From the NCBI GenBank assembly GCA_029856105.1, contig JAHQWH010000234.1:1-12702 (forward strand): a stretch of 12,702 nucleotides of DNA. Reading direction: 5' to 3'. The stretch's first letter is position 1, and the number at the start of each line of letters is the position of its first letter. The notes under the pieces were generated by a model. It was not told the origin of the DNA and searched no databases. It saw nothing but the letters and a program-made list of their open reading frames with translations. The position numbers were made by a program, and so were the translations under genes. The DNA is from Promethearchaeia archaeon. GTDB taxonomy: Archaea > Asgardarchaeota > Lokiarchaeia > Sigyniarchaeales > SOKP01. This document shows positions 1-8,038 of the stretch, one piece after another.

Positions 1-318
1 CCACTGAGCGTATAATTTTGCCTTTATAATATCTTTATCGGGAGCATTTAAAAAATGAAACTTTTCTTTTAATTCTGCTGGCTTCTTTTTAGACTGTAAA
101 ACCATCGATTCTTTCAAATCCAAACCAGCACAGAACGCTCTCCCTTCTGCTTTTAATATAACAACACGACAATCTAAATTAACCATTAAAGAGTCAAATA
201 ATGCGTGCAAATCTTTAATCATCTGAAACGACATAGCATTTAGTTTATCAGGACGATTAAGCGTTAGTATTCCAATTCCGTTTTCTTTTAATTCAAATTT
301 AATTGTATCAAAACTCAA
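1..318 (-). CDS. Enoyl-CoA hydratase/isomerase (crotonase) family protein, N-terminal part; runs off the left edge
   Basis: Not in the ORF track. Manual translation from TTG at 318: MSFDTIKFELKENGIGILTLNRPDKLNAMSFQMIKDLHALFDSLMVNLDCRVVILKAEGRAFCAGLDLKE...; contains the crotonase motifs LTLNRPDKLNA and RAFCAGLDL. GTGA lies just upstream. Confidence 0.93.
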   Translation of the reverse strand, partial: MSFDTIKFELKENGIGILTLNRPDKLNAMSFQMIKDLHALFDSLMVNLDCRVVILKAEGRAFCAGLDLKESMVLQSKKKPAELKEKFHFLNAPDKDIIKAKLYAQW

Positions 319-431
319 TCTTTTTCACTTTATTTTCTATTTGATTAAAAATGAAATATTTAATTATTGGTTTAAAAAATATAAGAATAATGATAATATA
401 TTAAATTTACTTTATATTTTCATCGGGGAAA

Positions 432-702
432 TCATCGATTATTGTATCTTTCTTCTCGTTCAAGATCAAATCTCCTTGATTCTATAAACAAAGATCTACC
501 TTCTCCCTTAAGAATTCCTTGAAATTTTTTAATATTATTGAGAAATTCTTCTTTATTTACTTTTGTTACTTTTTCTTCAAGTAGGAATTCAATTGCCTCG
601 TCAGAAGTAATTCTTCTTCCCATTTTTTCTAAAGTCTATTTATAAGTTCAAATATCCTGTTTTTGATTTTTTTTTTAAAATCTGAATAATAGTGTTTGCC
701 AT
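432..702 (-). pseudogene. Frameshifted antitoxin-like (VapB/ribbon-helix-helix type) gene; the 63-aa ORF 432-623 is its C-terminal part
   Basis: ATG at 702 gives MANTIIQILKKK; a second frame gives KNRIFELINRL; a third gives EKMGRRITSDEAIEFLL. Stitched together this resembles archaeal TTIQIS..K.RL......GR..TYDE.I.FLL antitoxins. It needs two frameshifts, one in a 10-nt homopolymer run (667-676). Confidence 0.55.
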
Positions 703-725
703 AATTTATTCACTTTATTATTCTT

Positions 726-759
726 ATTATAGCTATTATAGTCGCTATAATTATTATAG
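726..759. promoter_or_regulatory. Operator-like cluster of four ATTATAG heptamers upstream of the antitoxin-like gene
   Basis: ATTATAG at 726-732, 735-741 and 753-759, with its reverse complement CTATAAT at 745-751, forming two inverted repeats 24-57 nt upstream of the ATG at 702. Confidence 0.5.
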
Positions 760-898
760 AATTCTAATTTCTAAATTCATGTGTATCATTTAAAATAAAG
801 TTGTTTCATTACCTTAATGTAAAATTAAGATCTTGGAAATAGAATATTAAATGGTGTGAATACCTAAATTTATATTATATTTTTAATGAATAAAAGAT

Positions 899-2101
899 AT
901 GAAATCTTCCAAATTACTTTTTACTTTGCATGCTCTAATTCAGAAAGTAAAAAAGAATTGGGGTAATTTTTTAGGGGCATTTATCGTACAATCTATTCTT
1001 ATCTTAATTTTGAGTGTTGAAATGATTTTAAGTATGTTTCCAAAGCTTTTATTCGCTTTTTTTATAATACTGTGTTTTATAGGGCTCTGTTATATTATAG
1101 ACATCCCTCTAGAAAAATATACAACTAGAAGAAGAGACATTGTATTATTTGCTACAACTATAGCTGACAATGTAGATAAATTAATAGAACCATTTTCAAA
1201 AGTAGGAATTGCTTGGGGAACTTGTATAACTCTTCAGAAATCTCCAAATCTTCAGGAAGGTTGGTCGTTTAAAGAAGTAGAAATTGAATTTGAAAGAACG
1301 ATCTATCCCTTCGAAAAAAAACTAGAGGAAAAATATAACCAGTTTATGAATAATAACTCTGGGGAATTTAAAGATGATGGAGACAAGTTAATGCTTACAA
1401 TAAACCCTAAAGCTTTTGATGAGGCAAAAACACTTACTTTAAAAGGTCAGCTTACAAAATATAGCAGAATAATTTTCTTTATTGAAGAAGTTATAAATGA
1501 TGTTGCTGAACGCAATAAATACATTAATTCTCTATTTTTAACTAAAGATGATATAGAATTTCCCCATTCGTTATGTATACATGCAGTTATAACTACTAAA
1601 GATAAAAAAGTTTTATTTGTTAAAAGATCTCCTAAAGTTATCTATTACCCGAATAAATGGGCCGTATCTTGTGAAGAATCTGCACAATCTACTGACTTAG
1701 ATAATAAAAATCCAATTTTATTTTGGGCAAAACGTTTACTTAAAGAAGAATTGGGAGTCGATGAAAACGATTATTCTGAAGAAAACCTGAGATTATTATC
1801 TGTATTTCTCGAATCAGAAATTTTAAACATTACATTATGTATGATATTAAAACTTAATATATCATCATTTTTATTAGATAATATTCTTAAGTCGCATAAA
1901 AAACTGGATGATGAATTTATAGAATGGAAATTCTTAACTTATGAAGAAGCTGCTGCTCTACTTCTTAAGCCAACAATAAATTTCCACCCAACAACACAAT
2001 ATCGAATATACATGAGTCTTCTTCATCTGTGGGGATTTGACAAATTAAAAACTTATATAATTAAATTAAAAAAAAAAGTCACAATAAAAATAGCTGACTA
2101 A
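899..2101 (+). CDS. Membrane-anchored Nudix-like protein (two N-terminal hydrophobic helices, C-terminal degenerate Nudix domain)
   Basis: Hydrophobic segments at about aa 24-47 and 50-67. The C-terminal region HAVITTKDKKVLFVKRSPKVIYYPNKWAVSCEE...AKRLLKEELGV follows the Nudix fold with a partial Nudix box (RxxxEELG). Confidence 0.7.
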   Translation: MKSSKLLFTLHALIQKVKKNWGNFLGAFIVQSILILILSVEMILSMFPKLLFAFFIILCFIGLCYIIDIPLEKYTTRRRDIVLFATTIADNVDKLIEPFSKVGIAWGTCITLQKSPNLQEGWSFKEVEIEFERTIYPFEKKLEEKYNQFMNNNSGEFKDDGDKLMLTINPKAFDEAKTLTLKGQLTKYSRIIFFIEEVINDVAERNKYINSLFLTKDDIEFPHSLCIHAVITTKDKKVLFVKRSPKVIYYPNKWAVSCEESAQSTDLDNKNPILFWAKRLLKEELGVDENDYSEENLRLLSVFLESEILNITLCMILKLNISSFLLDNILKSHKKLDDEFIEWKFLTYEEAAALLLKPTINFHPTTQYRIYMSLLHLWGFDKLKTYIIKLKKKVTIKIAD

Positions 2102-2112
2102 AATCATAGTGT

Positions 2113-2129
2113 TGGCTCGGGGGAGATTT
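2113..2129 (-). other. Possible tRNA 3'-end fragment (att-like scar)
   Basis: The minus strand reads AAAT-CTCCC-CCGAGCC-A, which parses as the end of a T-loop, a 5-nt T-stem strand, a 7-nt acceptor strand and a discriminator base. It is a GC-rich patch in an AT-rich spacer, and no 5' half of a tRNA is present. Confidence 0.45.
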
Positions 2130-2151
2130 TGGATCTCTTTTTTCGAAAAAA
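2123..2151. terminator. Putative terminator between convergent genes
   Basis: GAGAT-tttgg-ATCTC hairpin (2123-2137) followed by the perfect palindrome TTTTTTCGAAAAAA (2138-2151), giving a T6 run on both strands. Confidence 0.4.
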
Positions 2152-2174
2152 GTAAATATTTAACCAGATAAATT

Positions 2175-2948
2175 TTACAGATAGCTTAAAGTCTTTCTAG
2201 CTATAGTAAACAACGTATGTAAATGAGTTTCAGTTAAATGAAAGTGCAATTCCCAATTATCTTCAGTTAAATAATCACTTATAGTAAAAATAGCTCCAGC
2301 TTCGACATTCAAATGCTTCGCTACTGCAAATATGGCCGCGGCTTCCATTTCGACCGTTAGAACACCTTCTTCTTGATATTCTTTAATCTCAGCTAGAGTT
2401 TCGCGATAAGGTGCGTCGATCGTCCAACTTGTTCCCGTATGGTAACTTATGTTCAAATCTTTTGCGACTTTAATCATTTTTTCTGTTAACAATTGAGAAG
2501 GATAAGAATATTTTTCACTTGGTAAATAATGATGAGATGTTCCCTCATCTCGAATCGCTTTAGTACAAATTATATTGCTTCCTAATTGTAAATCTTTTTG
2601 TAAAGAACCAGCTGTTCCGATTGAAAGAAACGATTTAATTCCAAACGCGTTAAGTTCTTCCATTAAAATTGCTACTATAGGAGCCCCAATTCCAAAATTG
2701 CCACATATACCAATCTGATTGTCGTTTTCATTTAACAAGTAAAAATAATCTCCAAAAATGTTATCAATTTTTTTAAGAGAATAATTTTCTATTATATAGT
2801 TAAAGATAGTAGGAGAATAACACATTATTACCCCCTTAGGTGGATCTATATCGGGATATCTTCCAAGTTCTTTTTTATACTTCCAAAAATCTATAGCGTT
2901 AACAAAAGATTTCTCGCGGTATTTATTCGGAAAATTTGGAAAGGTCAT
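2175..2948 (-). CDS. Nucleoside phosphorylase (PNP_UDP_1 / uridine phosphorylase-like)
   Basis: Motifs FGIGAP, SIGTAGSL, AIRDEGTSHHY, WTIDAPYRET, VEMEAAA and ISD. Confidence 0.92.
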   Translation of the reverse strand: MTFPNFPNKYREKSFVNAIDFWKYKKELGRYPDIDPPKGVIMCYSPTIFNYIIENYSLKKIDNIFGDYFYLLNENDNQIGICGNFGIGAPIVAILMEELNAFGIKSFLSIGTAGSLQKDLQLGSNIICTKAIRDEGTSHHYLPSEKYSYPSQLLTEKMIKVAKDLNISYHTGTSWTIDAPYRETLAEIKEYQEEGVLTVEMEAAAIFAVAKHLNVEAGAIFTISDYLTEDNWELHFHLTETHLHTLFTIARKTLSYL

Positions 2949-2999
2949 ATTTTTTGAAAAGTTTTAGAGAATTTGAAATTACTTAAAAAATGCTATACA

Positions 3000-3830
3000 T
3001 CAAATTTTATCCAATAAACTAAGCCAATTAGGTAACTCTTGAATATTATTATTTCTAATATTGATCTTCTCAATCGATTTTAAATCACTCAAAACATCTG
3101 GGACGGTTGAAAAGTCATTCCAACTTAAATCAATATTTTCAAGGTGAGAAAGCTCACTCAAAGAATCGGGTAAATTTGTCAAATAATTACAGCTTAGATT
3201 CAGATATTTTAAATTCTTCAATAAACTAATCGATGACGGTAGTTGATTTCTCAACGACAAACTCAGCTCTAAAATGTGCTTATCTTTGATTATACAAACT
3301 ATATTTTCGTCGTAGATCAATTTATTAACTGATTCCCAATAAAAAAGGTTGTTATTGTCTATATTTAATCCCAAATCTAATAAAAAAGGAACTTCCTCAG
3401 GAATAAGGTTATACTTTAAAGCGATTTGCTCTAACCTCTGAAAATATAACTGATTTAAAGCTTCGAACAAATAATTCTGGTGATTTTTTAACATATGGCC
3501 AAGTAAACTTAGTACTTTGGACGATTTATCGTTTAGAATAGTCCATTCTAAGGATTTTAAACCCACTTCTAAGTAATTTGATAATATAATTTCAGCAGAA
3601 ATTATCCTAATATCTTCGTATTCATCAGAAATTAGGCAACTTTCTATTATTTTAAAAATAGCCTGATTTTTAACATTTAGTTTGTTTAAAACATTTAGAC
3701 TTTCTAATCTTAAGCTTGTATCATCAGATTTTTCTATAATTGAAATCAGAAATTCAATAGCTTCAAACTTTGTTATTTTATTCTTAATTATTTTCTGGTA
3801 AATACTATTTGGGTTTAAGGTATCTTTCAT
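3000..3830 (-). CDS. HEAT-like N-terminus plus C-terminal leucine-rich repeat protein
   Basis: LRR units LKNLKYLNLSCNYLTNLPDSL / LSHLENIDLSWNDFSTVPDVL / LKSIEKINIRNNNIQELP; helical HEAT-like N-terminus (CLISDEYEDIRIISAEII). This architecture is common in Lokiarchaeia. Confidence 0.85.
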   Translation of the reverse strand: MKDTLNPNSIYQKIIKNKITKFEAIEFLISIIEKSDDTSLRLESLNVLNKLNVKNQAIFKIIESCLISDEYEDIRIISAEIILSNYLEVGLKSLEWTILNDKSSKVLSLLGHMLKNHQNYLFEALNQLYFQRLEQIALKYNLIPEEVPFLLDLGLNIDNNNLFYWESVNKLIYDENIVCIIKDKHILELSLSLRNQLPSSISLLKNLKYLNLSCNYLTNLPDSLSELSHLENIDLSWNDFSTVPDVLSDLKSIEKINIRNNNIQELPNWLSLLDKI

Positions 3831-4007
3831 TTCGAGTTAAATGCTAAAATATTTTATATGTTAAATAATATAATAAAAAATTTTAAGATAATAGTAATCC
3901 ACTTAAAGCAATTTCCACTTATTTTTTAAAATTTAAAAATCTTTATTGGATTGAGAATTTATAATAATAGTTATTTATACATTTGAATTAAAATTTCAGG
4001 TAAAAAA

Positions 4008-6407
4008 TTGATTGCTAGAACTGATTCGAATCGAGTCCTAAAGTTAAAGAATAATTTACTATCAAGCAAGTACGAACTCTGCGTTGAACGCATGAGATTT
4101 TTCACAGAGATTTATAAAGAATACCCTGACGATCCAGAAGTAATTAAAAGGGCGAAGGCAGTTGCGCATACATTAAAAAATATGACGATATTTATTAGAG
4201 ACGATGAGCTACTTGTTGGAAACGAGACGAGTAAAAATTTAGGGGAAAAAATTAATCTCGATCTCCAGAAATACAACAATAGTTTAGAAAAGAGAACTAC
4301 ATTCAAAAAACTAAGAAGACGGAAATTGCAACCTTTTTATATCGAGGAACCTGAAATTGACGAGTTATTAGAGATAATACCGTTTTGGAAAGGAAAATCC
4401 TTAATAGGTAGCCGGATCAATAGAAGATTGCGCGAAGAAAAGATAATCACGGGAGAAGGCCAAATCGCGACTCTAGCACCAAATATATCCATTCAAATTG
4501 GAACTACAGAAGGGCATATATGTGCGGGATACGAAAAACTTTTAAAATTAGGATATAAAGGTATCATTGAAGAAGCTGAATTATTTCAATCGCGATTAAA
4601 TAAAACCGACGAAGAGTATCAAGACAAGTTTAATTTTTACGATTCTGTTAAAATATATTACGGAGCGGCAATAGATTTTGCCCAGAGGTTTTCAGACCTC
4701 TCACACAATATGATAAAAACTCAAAATGACGATGTGCGGAAAAGCGAGCTCAAAATAATTGCAGATATGATGATAAAGTTCACTAAAGAACCTCCCGATT
4801 CATTCTACGAAGCTGTTGAATTTATTTGGTTTTCTCAAAATATCGCAAATATAATCTTTCAGCGAAGTGTTGTAGCTCTAGGTCGATTAGATCAGATACT
4901 ATGGTCTTATTACGATAATGATCTTAAAAGCGGGAAAATCAATCGGGATACCGCCTTAGTATTAATAGAAGAATTAAATTTAAAGCTAACATGGAATGTT
5001 ACTTTGTTACCGGCAGATATTTCGCTAATAGCTAATGCCCTTGGTCAGAATACACAAACAATTACTATTGCAGGAATGAAAACAGATGGAAACGACGCAA
5101 CAAACGAGCTATCATTCCTATTTCTTGAAGCTTACAAAAACATAAAGGTTTTTACCACCGACTTATCGGTTAGAATTCATAACAACACGCCAGAACATTT
5201 CTTGGAAGAAGCTATTAAAGTTTTTAAGTACACATCGGGGATAGCTTTCTATAACGATGAAATCATCGTTCCAGGGCTTAAAAAAGCAGGATATTCGCTT
5301 GAAGATTCTCGGAATTACGTTTTAATAGGATGTGTAGAGCCCACAGGTCAAGGAAATAGCTTCTCGGCAACTGCTCGTATGTTTATGAACTTACCAGGTG
5401 TGTTAGAATTAACGCTAAACAACGGATATAGCAATTTATCGGGAAAAATTGACGGTTTACAAACTGGTGATCCGGCGGGGTTTTTATCTTTCGAGGAGCT
5501 ATACGACGCTTTTACTCGTCAACTTAAACATAACATTGAATTCTCTGTCAAAATAGCAGAGGTGGGAGATCTTGAAGCCATGAAATACGCTCAGCACCCA
5601 TTTATCTCCGCTACATTAGATGGTTGTTTAGAAAATGGAAAAGATTACGTGTGTGGAGGTGCTAAATATAATTTTTCTTCCATAACTGCTTACGGATTCG
5701 CTACTTTAGTTGACTCATTATACAACATAAAGAAGATTATTTATGATCAAAAATCAATGTCATTACCCGAATTAATTGAAATTTTAAATTCAGACTTTAA
5801 GGATAACGAAGTAACTCGTCAAAAGTTAATTAATAATTACGAAAAGTGGGGAAACGATAAAGCCGAGATCGATTCCTTTGCTATTGAATTGTGGGACTTA
5901 TTTACACAAGAAGTAGCTAAACATAATTCGATAAGAAATGGTCAATACAACGCTGGAGCGTATTCAATGGGCGTCCATGTATATGAAGGAATTTTAACGC
6001 GCCCAACCGCCGATGGCAGAAAAGCGGGAAGACCAATATCAAATAGCTTATCACCGGTAAATAACGTTGAAAAGAATGGAATCACTGCGGTATTAAATTC
6101 AATAGCAAAATTAAATTACGATTACGCTATGAATGGGATCGCGGTTAATGTGCGAATACACCCACAAAATTTAGAAAGTCAAGAAAGTGTTGAAAAGTTT
6201 TATCACTTATTAAAATCCTACTTTGAAAAAGGAGGTATGCAAATTCAACCTACTGTAGTATCAACTGAAACGTTAAAAGACGCACAAATCCACCCCGAGA
6301 ATTACACTGACCTAATCGTCAAAGTTGGTGGTTATAACGCTACATTTATTGATCTAGGAAAGCCCATTCAGAACGACATAATCGATAGATTAGAAAATAA
6401 ATTTTAA
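4008..6407 (+). CDS. Glycyl radical enzyme (PFL2/dehydratase-like), substrate unknown
   Basis: 799 aa, TTG start. Motifs IRDDELLVGN, LGRLDQIL, Cys loop IGCVEP (C442), TADGRKAG, GGMQIQ and Gly loop DLIVKVGGYNATF (G775). Confidence 0.93.
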   Translation: MIARTDSNRVLKLKNNLLSSKYELCVERMRFFTEIYKEYPDDPEVIKRAKAVAHTLKNMTIFIRDDELLVGNETSKNLGEKINLDLQKYNNSLEKRTTFKKLRRRKLQPFYIEEPEIDELLEIIPFWKGKSLIGSRINRRLREEKIITGEGQIATLAPNISIQIGTTEGHICAGYEKLLKLGYKGIIEEAELFQSRLNKTDEEYQDKFNFYDSVKIYYGAAIDFAQRFSDLSHNMIKTQNDDVRKSELKIIADMMIKFTKEPPDSFYEAVEFIWFSQNIANIIFQRSVVALGRLDQILWSYYDNDLKSGKINRDTALVLIEELNLKLTWNVTLLPADISLIANALGQNTQTITIAGMKTDGNDATNELSFLFLEAYKNIKVFTTDLSVRIHNNTPEHFLEEAIKVFKYTSGIAFYNDEIIVPGLKKAGYSLEDSRNYVLIGCVEPTGQGNSFSATARMFMNLPGVLELTLNNGYSNLSGKIDGLQTGDPAGFLSFEELYDAFTRQLKHNIEFSVKIAEVGDLEAMKYAQHPFISATLDGCLENGKDYVCGGAKYNFSSITAYGFATLVDSLYNIKKIIYDQKSMSLPELIEILNSDFKDNEVTRQKLINNYEKWGNDKAEIDSFAIELWDLFTQEVAKHNSIRNGQYNAGAYSMGVHVYEGILTRPTADGRKAGRPISNSLSPVNNVEKNGITAVLNSIAKLNYDYAMNGIAVNVRIHPQNLESQESVEKFYHLLKSYFEKGGMQIQPTVVSTETLKDAQIHPENYTDLIVKVGGYNATFIDLGKPIQNDIIDRLENKF

Positions 6408-6515
6408 TACTCAATGTTAAGGAAGCCGATTACCTTATTATCCTCATTCATTATTGAAGCTTAATTTTTAAAATATTTACAAAATTTTTATATTTAAAGA
6501 AATTAAGTGTACATT

Positions 6516-6668
6516 ATGCCAGATATAAAATTGTTAATAAATGGAGAAAATATCCCATTAAATCCAATTATGACTACGATTCTAACCAATATTAACTTAG
6601 GATTTATTGGTGCGTTAAAAAAAATTCCAGAAGATAAAGTAGAAGTGAAAATCGAAATCATATTATAA
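6516..6668 (+). CDS. 50-aa protein resembling a standalone MobB C-terminal-like domain
   Basis: Not in the ORF track. MPDIKLLINGENIPLNPIMTTILTNINLGFIGALKKIPEDKVEVKIEIIL; the pattern L.INGxxIPLNP...N...G...LK recalls the C-terminal extension of MobB proteins (recognised from memory). Confidence 0.7.
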   Translation: MPDIKLLINGENIPLNPIMTTILTNINLGFIGALKKIPEDKVEVKIEIIL

Positions 6669-6680
6669 TTTATTTTTTTT

Positions 6681-6709
6681 TTAATATTTTCGCACTTTAA
6701 AAAACATTT
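6681..6709 (+). repeat. Intergenic motif copy A (TTAATATTTTcgCACTTTAAaAAACATTT)
   Basis: 18 of the 20 core positions are identical to copies B and C; 12 nt after the stop at 6668. Confidence 0.75.
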
Positions 6710-6817
6710 TTGATCCTTTTAGATAATGTTTTATTTGTCTTTAATTCAAAAATGTTAAAAACTTCACTTTCTTATTTAATATTCAGAAATTCATTTTAAT
6801 AAATAGAGTGAATCACT

Positions 6818-7915
6818 ATGCAATCTAAAGTAAATTTAGAAAGTGCCTATGAAAATTTACGCGAGCATCTCGATAAATATCCTATTGGATTTCCGTCATC
6901 CAAAACTGGAGCAGATATTAGAATTTTGAAGCATTTATTTGAACCCAATGAAGCAATAATCGCTACAATGTTAACAGATAAATTTACAACTTTAGAAAAG
7001 ATTTACGAGAGATCTAAATTGGACATGAATATTTCCGAATTGAAAGAAAAGTTGGATACAATGGCAAGCAAGGGAGCAATCCATTATAAAACCGTAGATG
7101 GGGAAAAACACTATGCAAACGCTTATCTTGTTATTGGAATGTACGAATATCAACTAAACAGGCTCACACCAGAATTCTTAGAGAATATGAGTGAATATGC
7201 CGGAAATGAATTTGGTATAGAACTATTTGGAACGAAAATCTCACAATTTAGGACTGTTCCAGTAGAAAAAAGTGTAACAGCAGAACACAGCTTACCTACT
7301 TATGAAGAACTTGAAAAGATCGTAAACAATTCTCCTGGCCCTTATGTCTTGATAGAATGTATCTGCCGGAAAGCTCATAAAATGGGAGATGAAACTTGTA
7401 AGGTTACTTCACGTAAGGAAACTTGTTTTGGAATGGGAGAGATGGCTGATATGTATATTAATGAAGGGTGGGGAAGAGAGGTGACTCGACAAGAAGCTCT
7501 CGAATCTTTACGAATGAATCAAGAAGAGGGTCTGGTCTTCCAAGCAGAAAACATTATAGATCCAAAATTCATATGTAGTTGCTGTGGATGTTGCTGTGGA
7601 ATTTTAACAAATTTAAAAGAATTTCCAAAGACCGTGGATTTTTTTTCAACTAATTACTATGCTCAAATTGATGCAGATGCGTGTTTGGGATGCGGAACGT
7701 GTATAGATGCTTGTCAGATCGACGCGATCAAAATGAAAAATGATATTTCCAAAGTAAATAAAAGGAGATGCATTGGATGTGGAAATTGCGTCCCTATTTG
7801 CCCCGAACAAGCGATTCAATTAATTAAAAAAGATAAAGTTGAAATTCCTCCCGATACTGAAGATGAACTCTTTGTAAAAATTCTTGCTAAGAAAAATGAA
7901 ATTAAATCAAACTAA
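6818..7915 (+). CDS. 4Fe-4S binding protein (Cys-rich, C-terminal 2x[4Fe-4S] ferredoxin domain)
   Basis: CICR, ETC, ICSCCGCCCG, CLGCGTCIDACQ and CIGCGNCVPICP motifs. Confidence 0.9.
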   Translation: MQSKVNLESAYENLREHLDKYPIGFPSSKTGADIRILKHLFEPNEAIIATMLTDKFTTLEKIYERSKLDMNISELKEKLDTMASKGAIHYKTVDGEKHYANAYLVIGMYEYQLNRLTPEFLENMSEYAGNEFGIELFGTKISQFRTVPVEKSVTAEHSLPTYEELEKIVNNSPGPYVLIECICRKAHKMGDETCKVTSRKETCFGMGEMADMYINEGWGREVTRQEALESLRMNQEEGLVFQAENIIDPKFICSCCGCCCGILTNLKEFPKTVDFFSTNYYAQIDADACLGCGTCIDACQIDAIKMKNDISKVNKRRCIGCGNCVPICPEQAIQLIKKDKVEIPPDTEDELFVKILAKKNEIKSN

Positions 7916-7926
7916 AATCCTTTTTT

Positions 7927-7954
7927 TTAATATTTTGCCACTTTAAAACAATTT
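7927..7954 (+). repeat. Intergenic motif copy B (TTAATATTTTgcCACTTTAAaacaattt)
   Basis: Same 20-bp core; 11 nt after the stop at 7915. Confidence 0.75.
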
Positions 7955-8038
7955 CTTTTTTTTATCAAATAAAAGAATTAAATGAGACAAATTACTTAAT
8001 TAGAAAGTTTTAGATAAATTAAGCTACATTTATAGAAT

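Noticed and set aside
899-2101. Complete CBASS or Thoeris operon, or the sirtuin as a defence SIR2
   Set aside because: No CD-NTase or TIR gene is in the window; the sirtuin is a canonical Zn-binding CobB-type deacylase about 8 kb away.
2105-2175. Complete tRNA gene
   Set aside because: Only the last 17 nt fit; there is no TTC, anticodon arm, D-arm or matching GGCTCGG 5' strand upstream on the minus strand.
4112-4306. 64-aa minus-strand ORF
   Set aside because: Lies entirely antisense to the GRE, with no recognisable motif; a shadow ORF.
4008-6407. Assignment as pflB or cutC
   Set aside because: Lacks the PFL Cys-Cys pair, has His where CutC has Asp, and no cutD or microcompartment genes are nearby.
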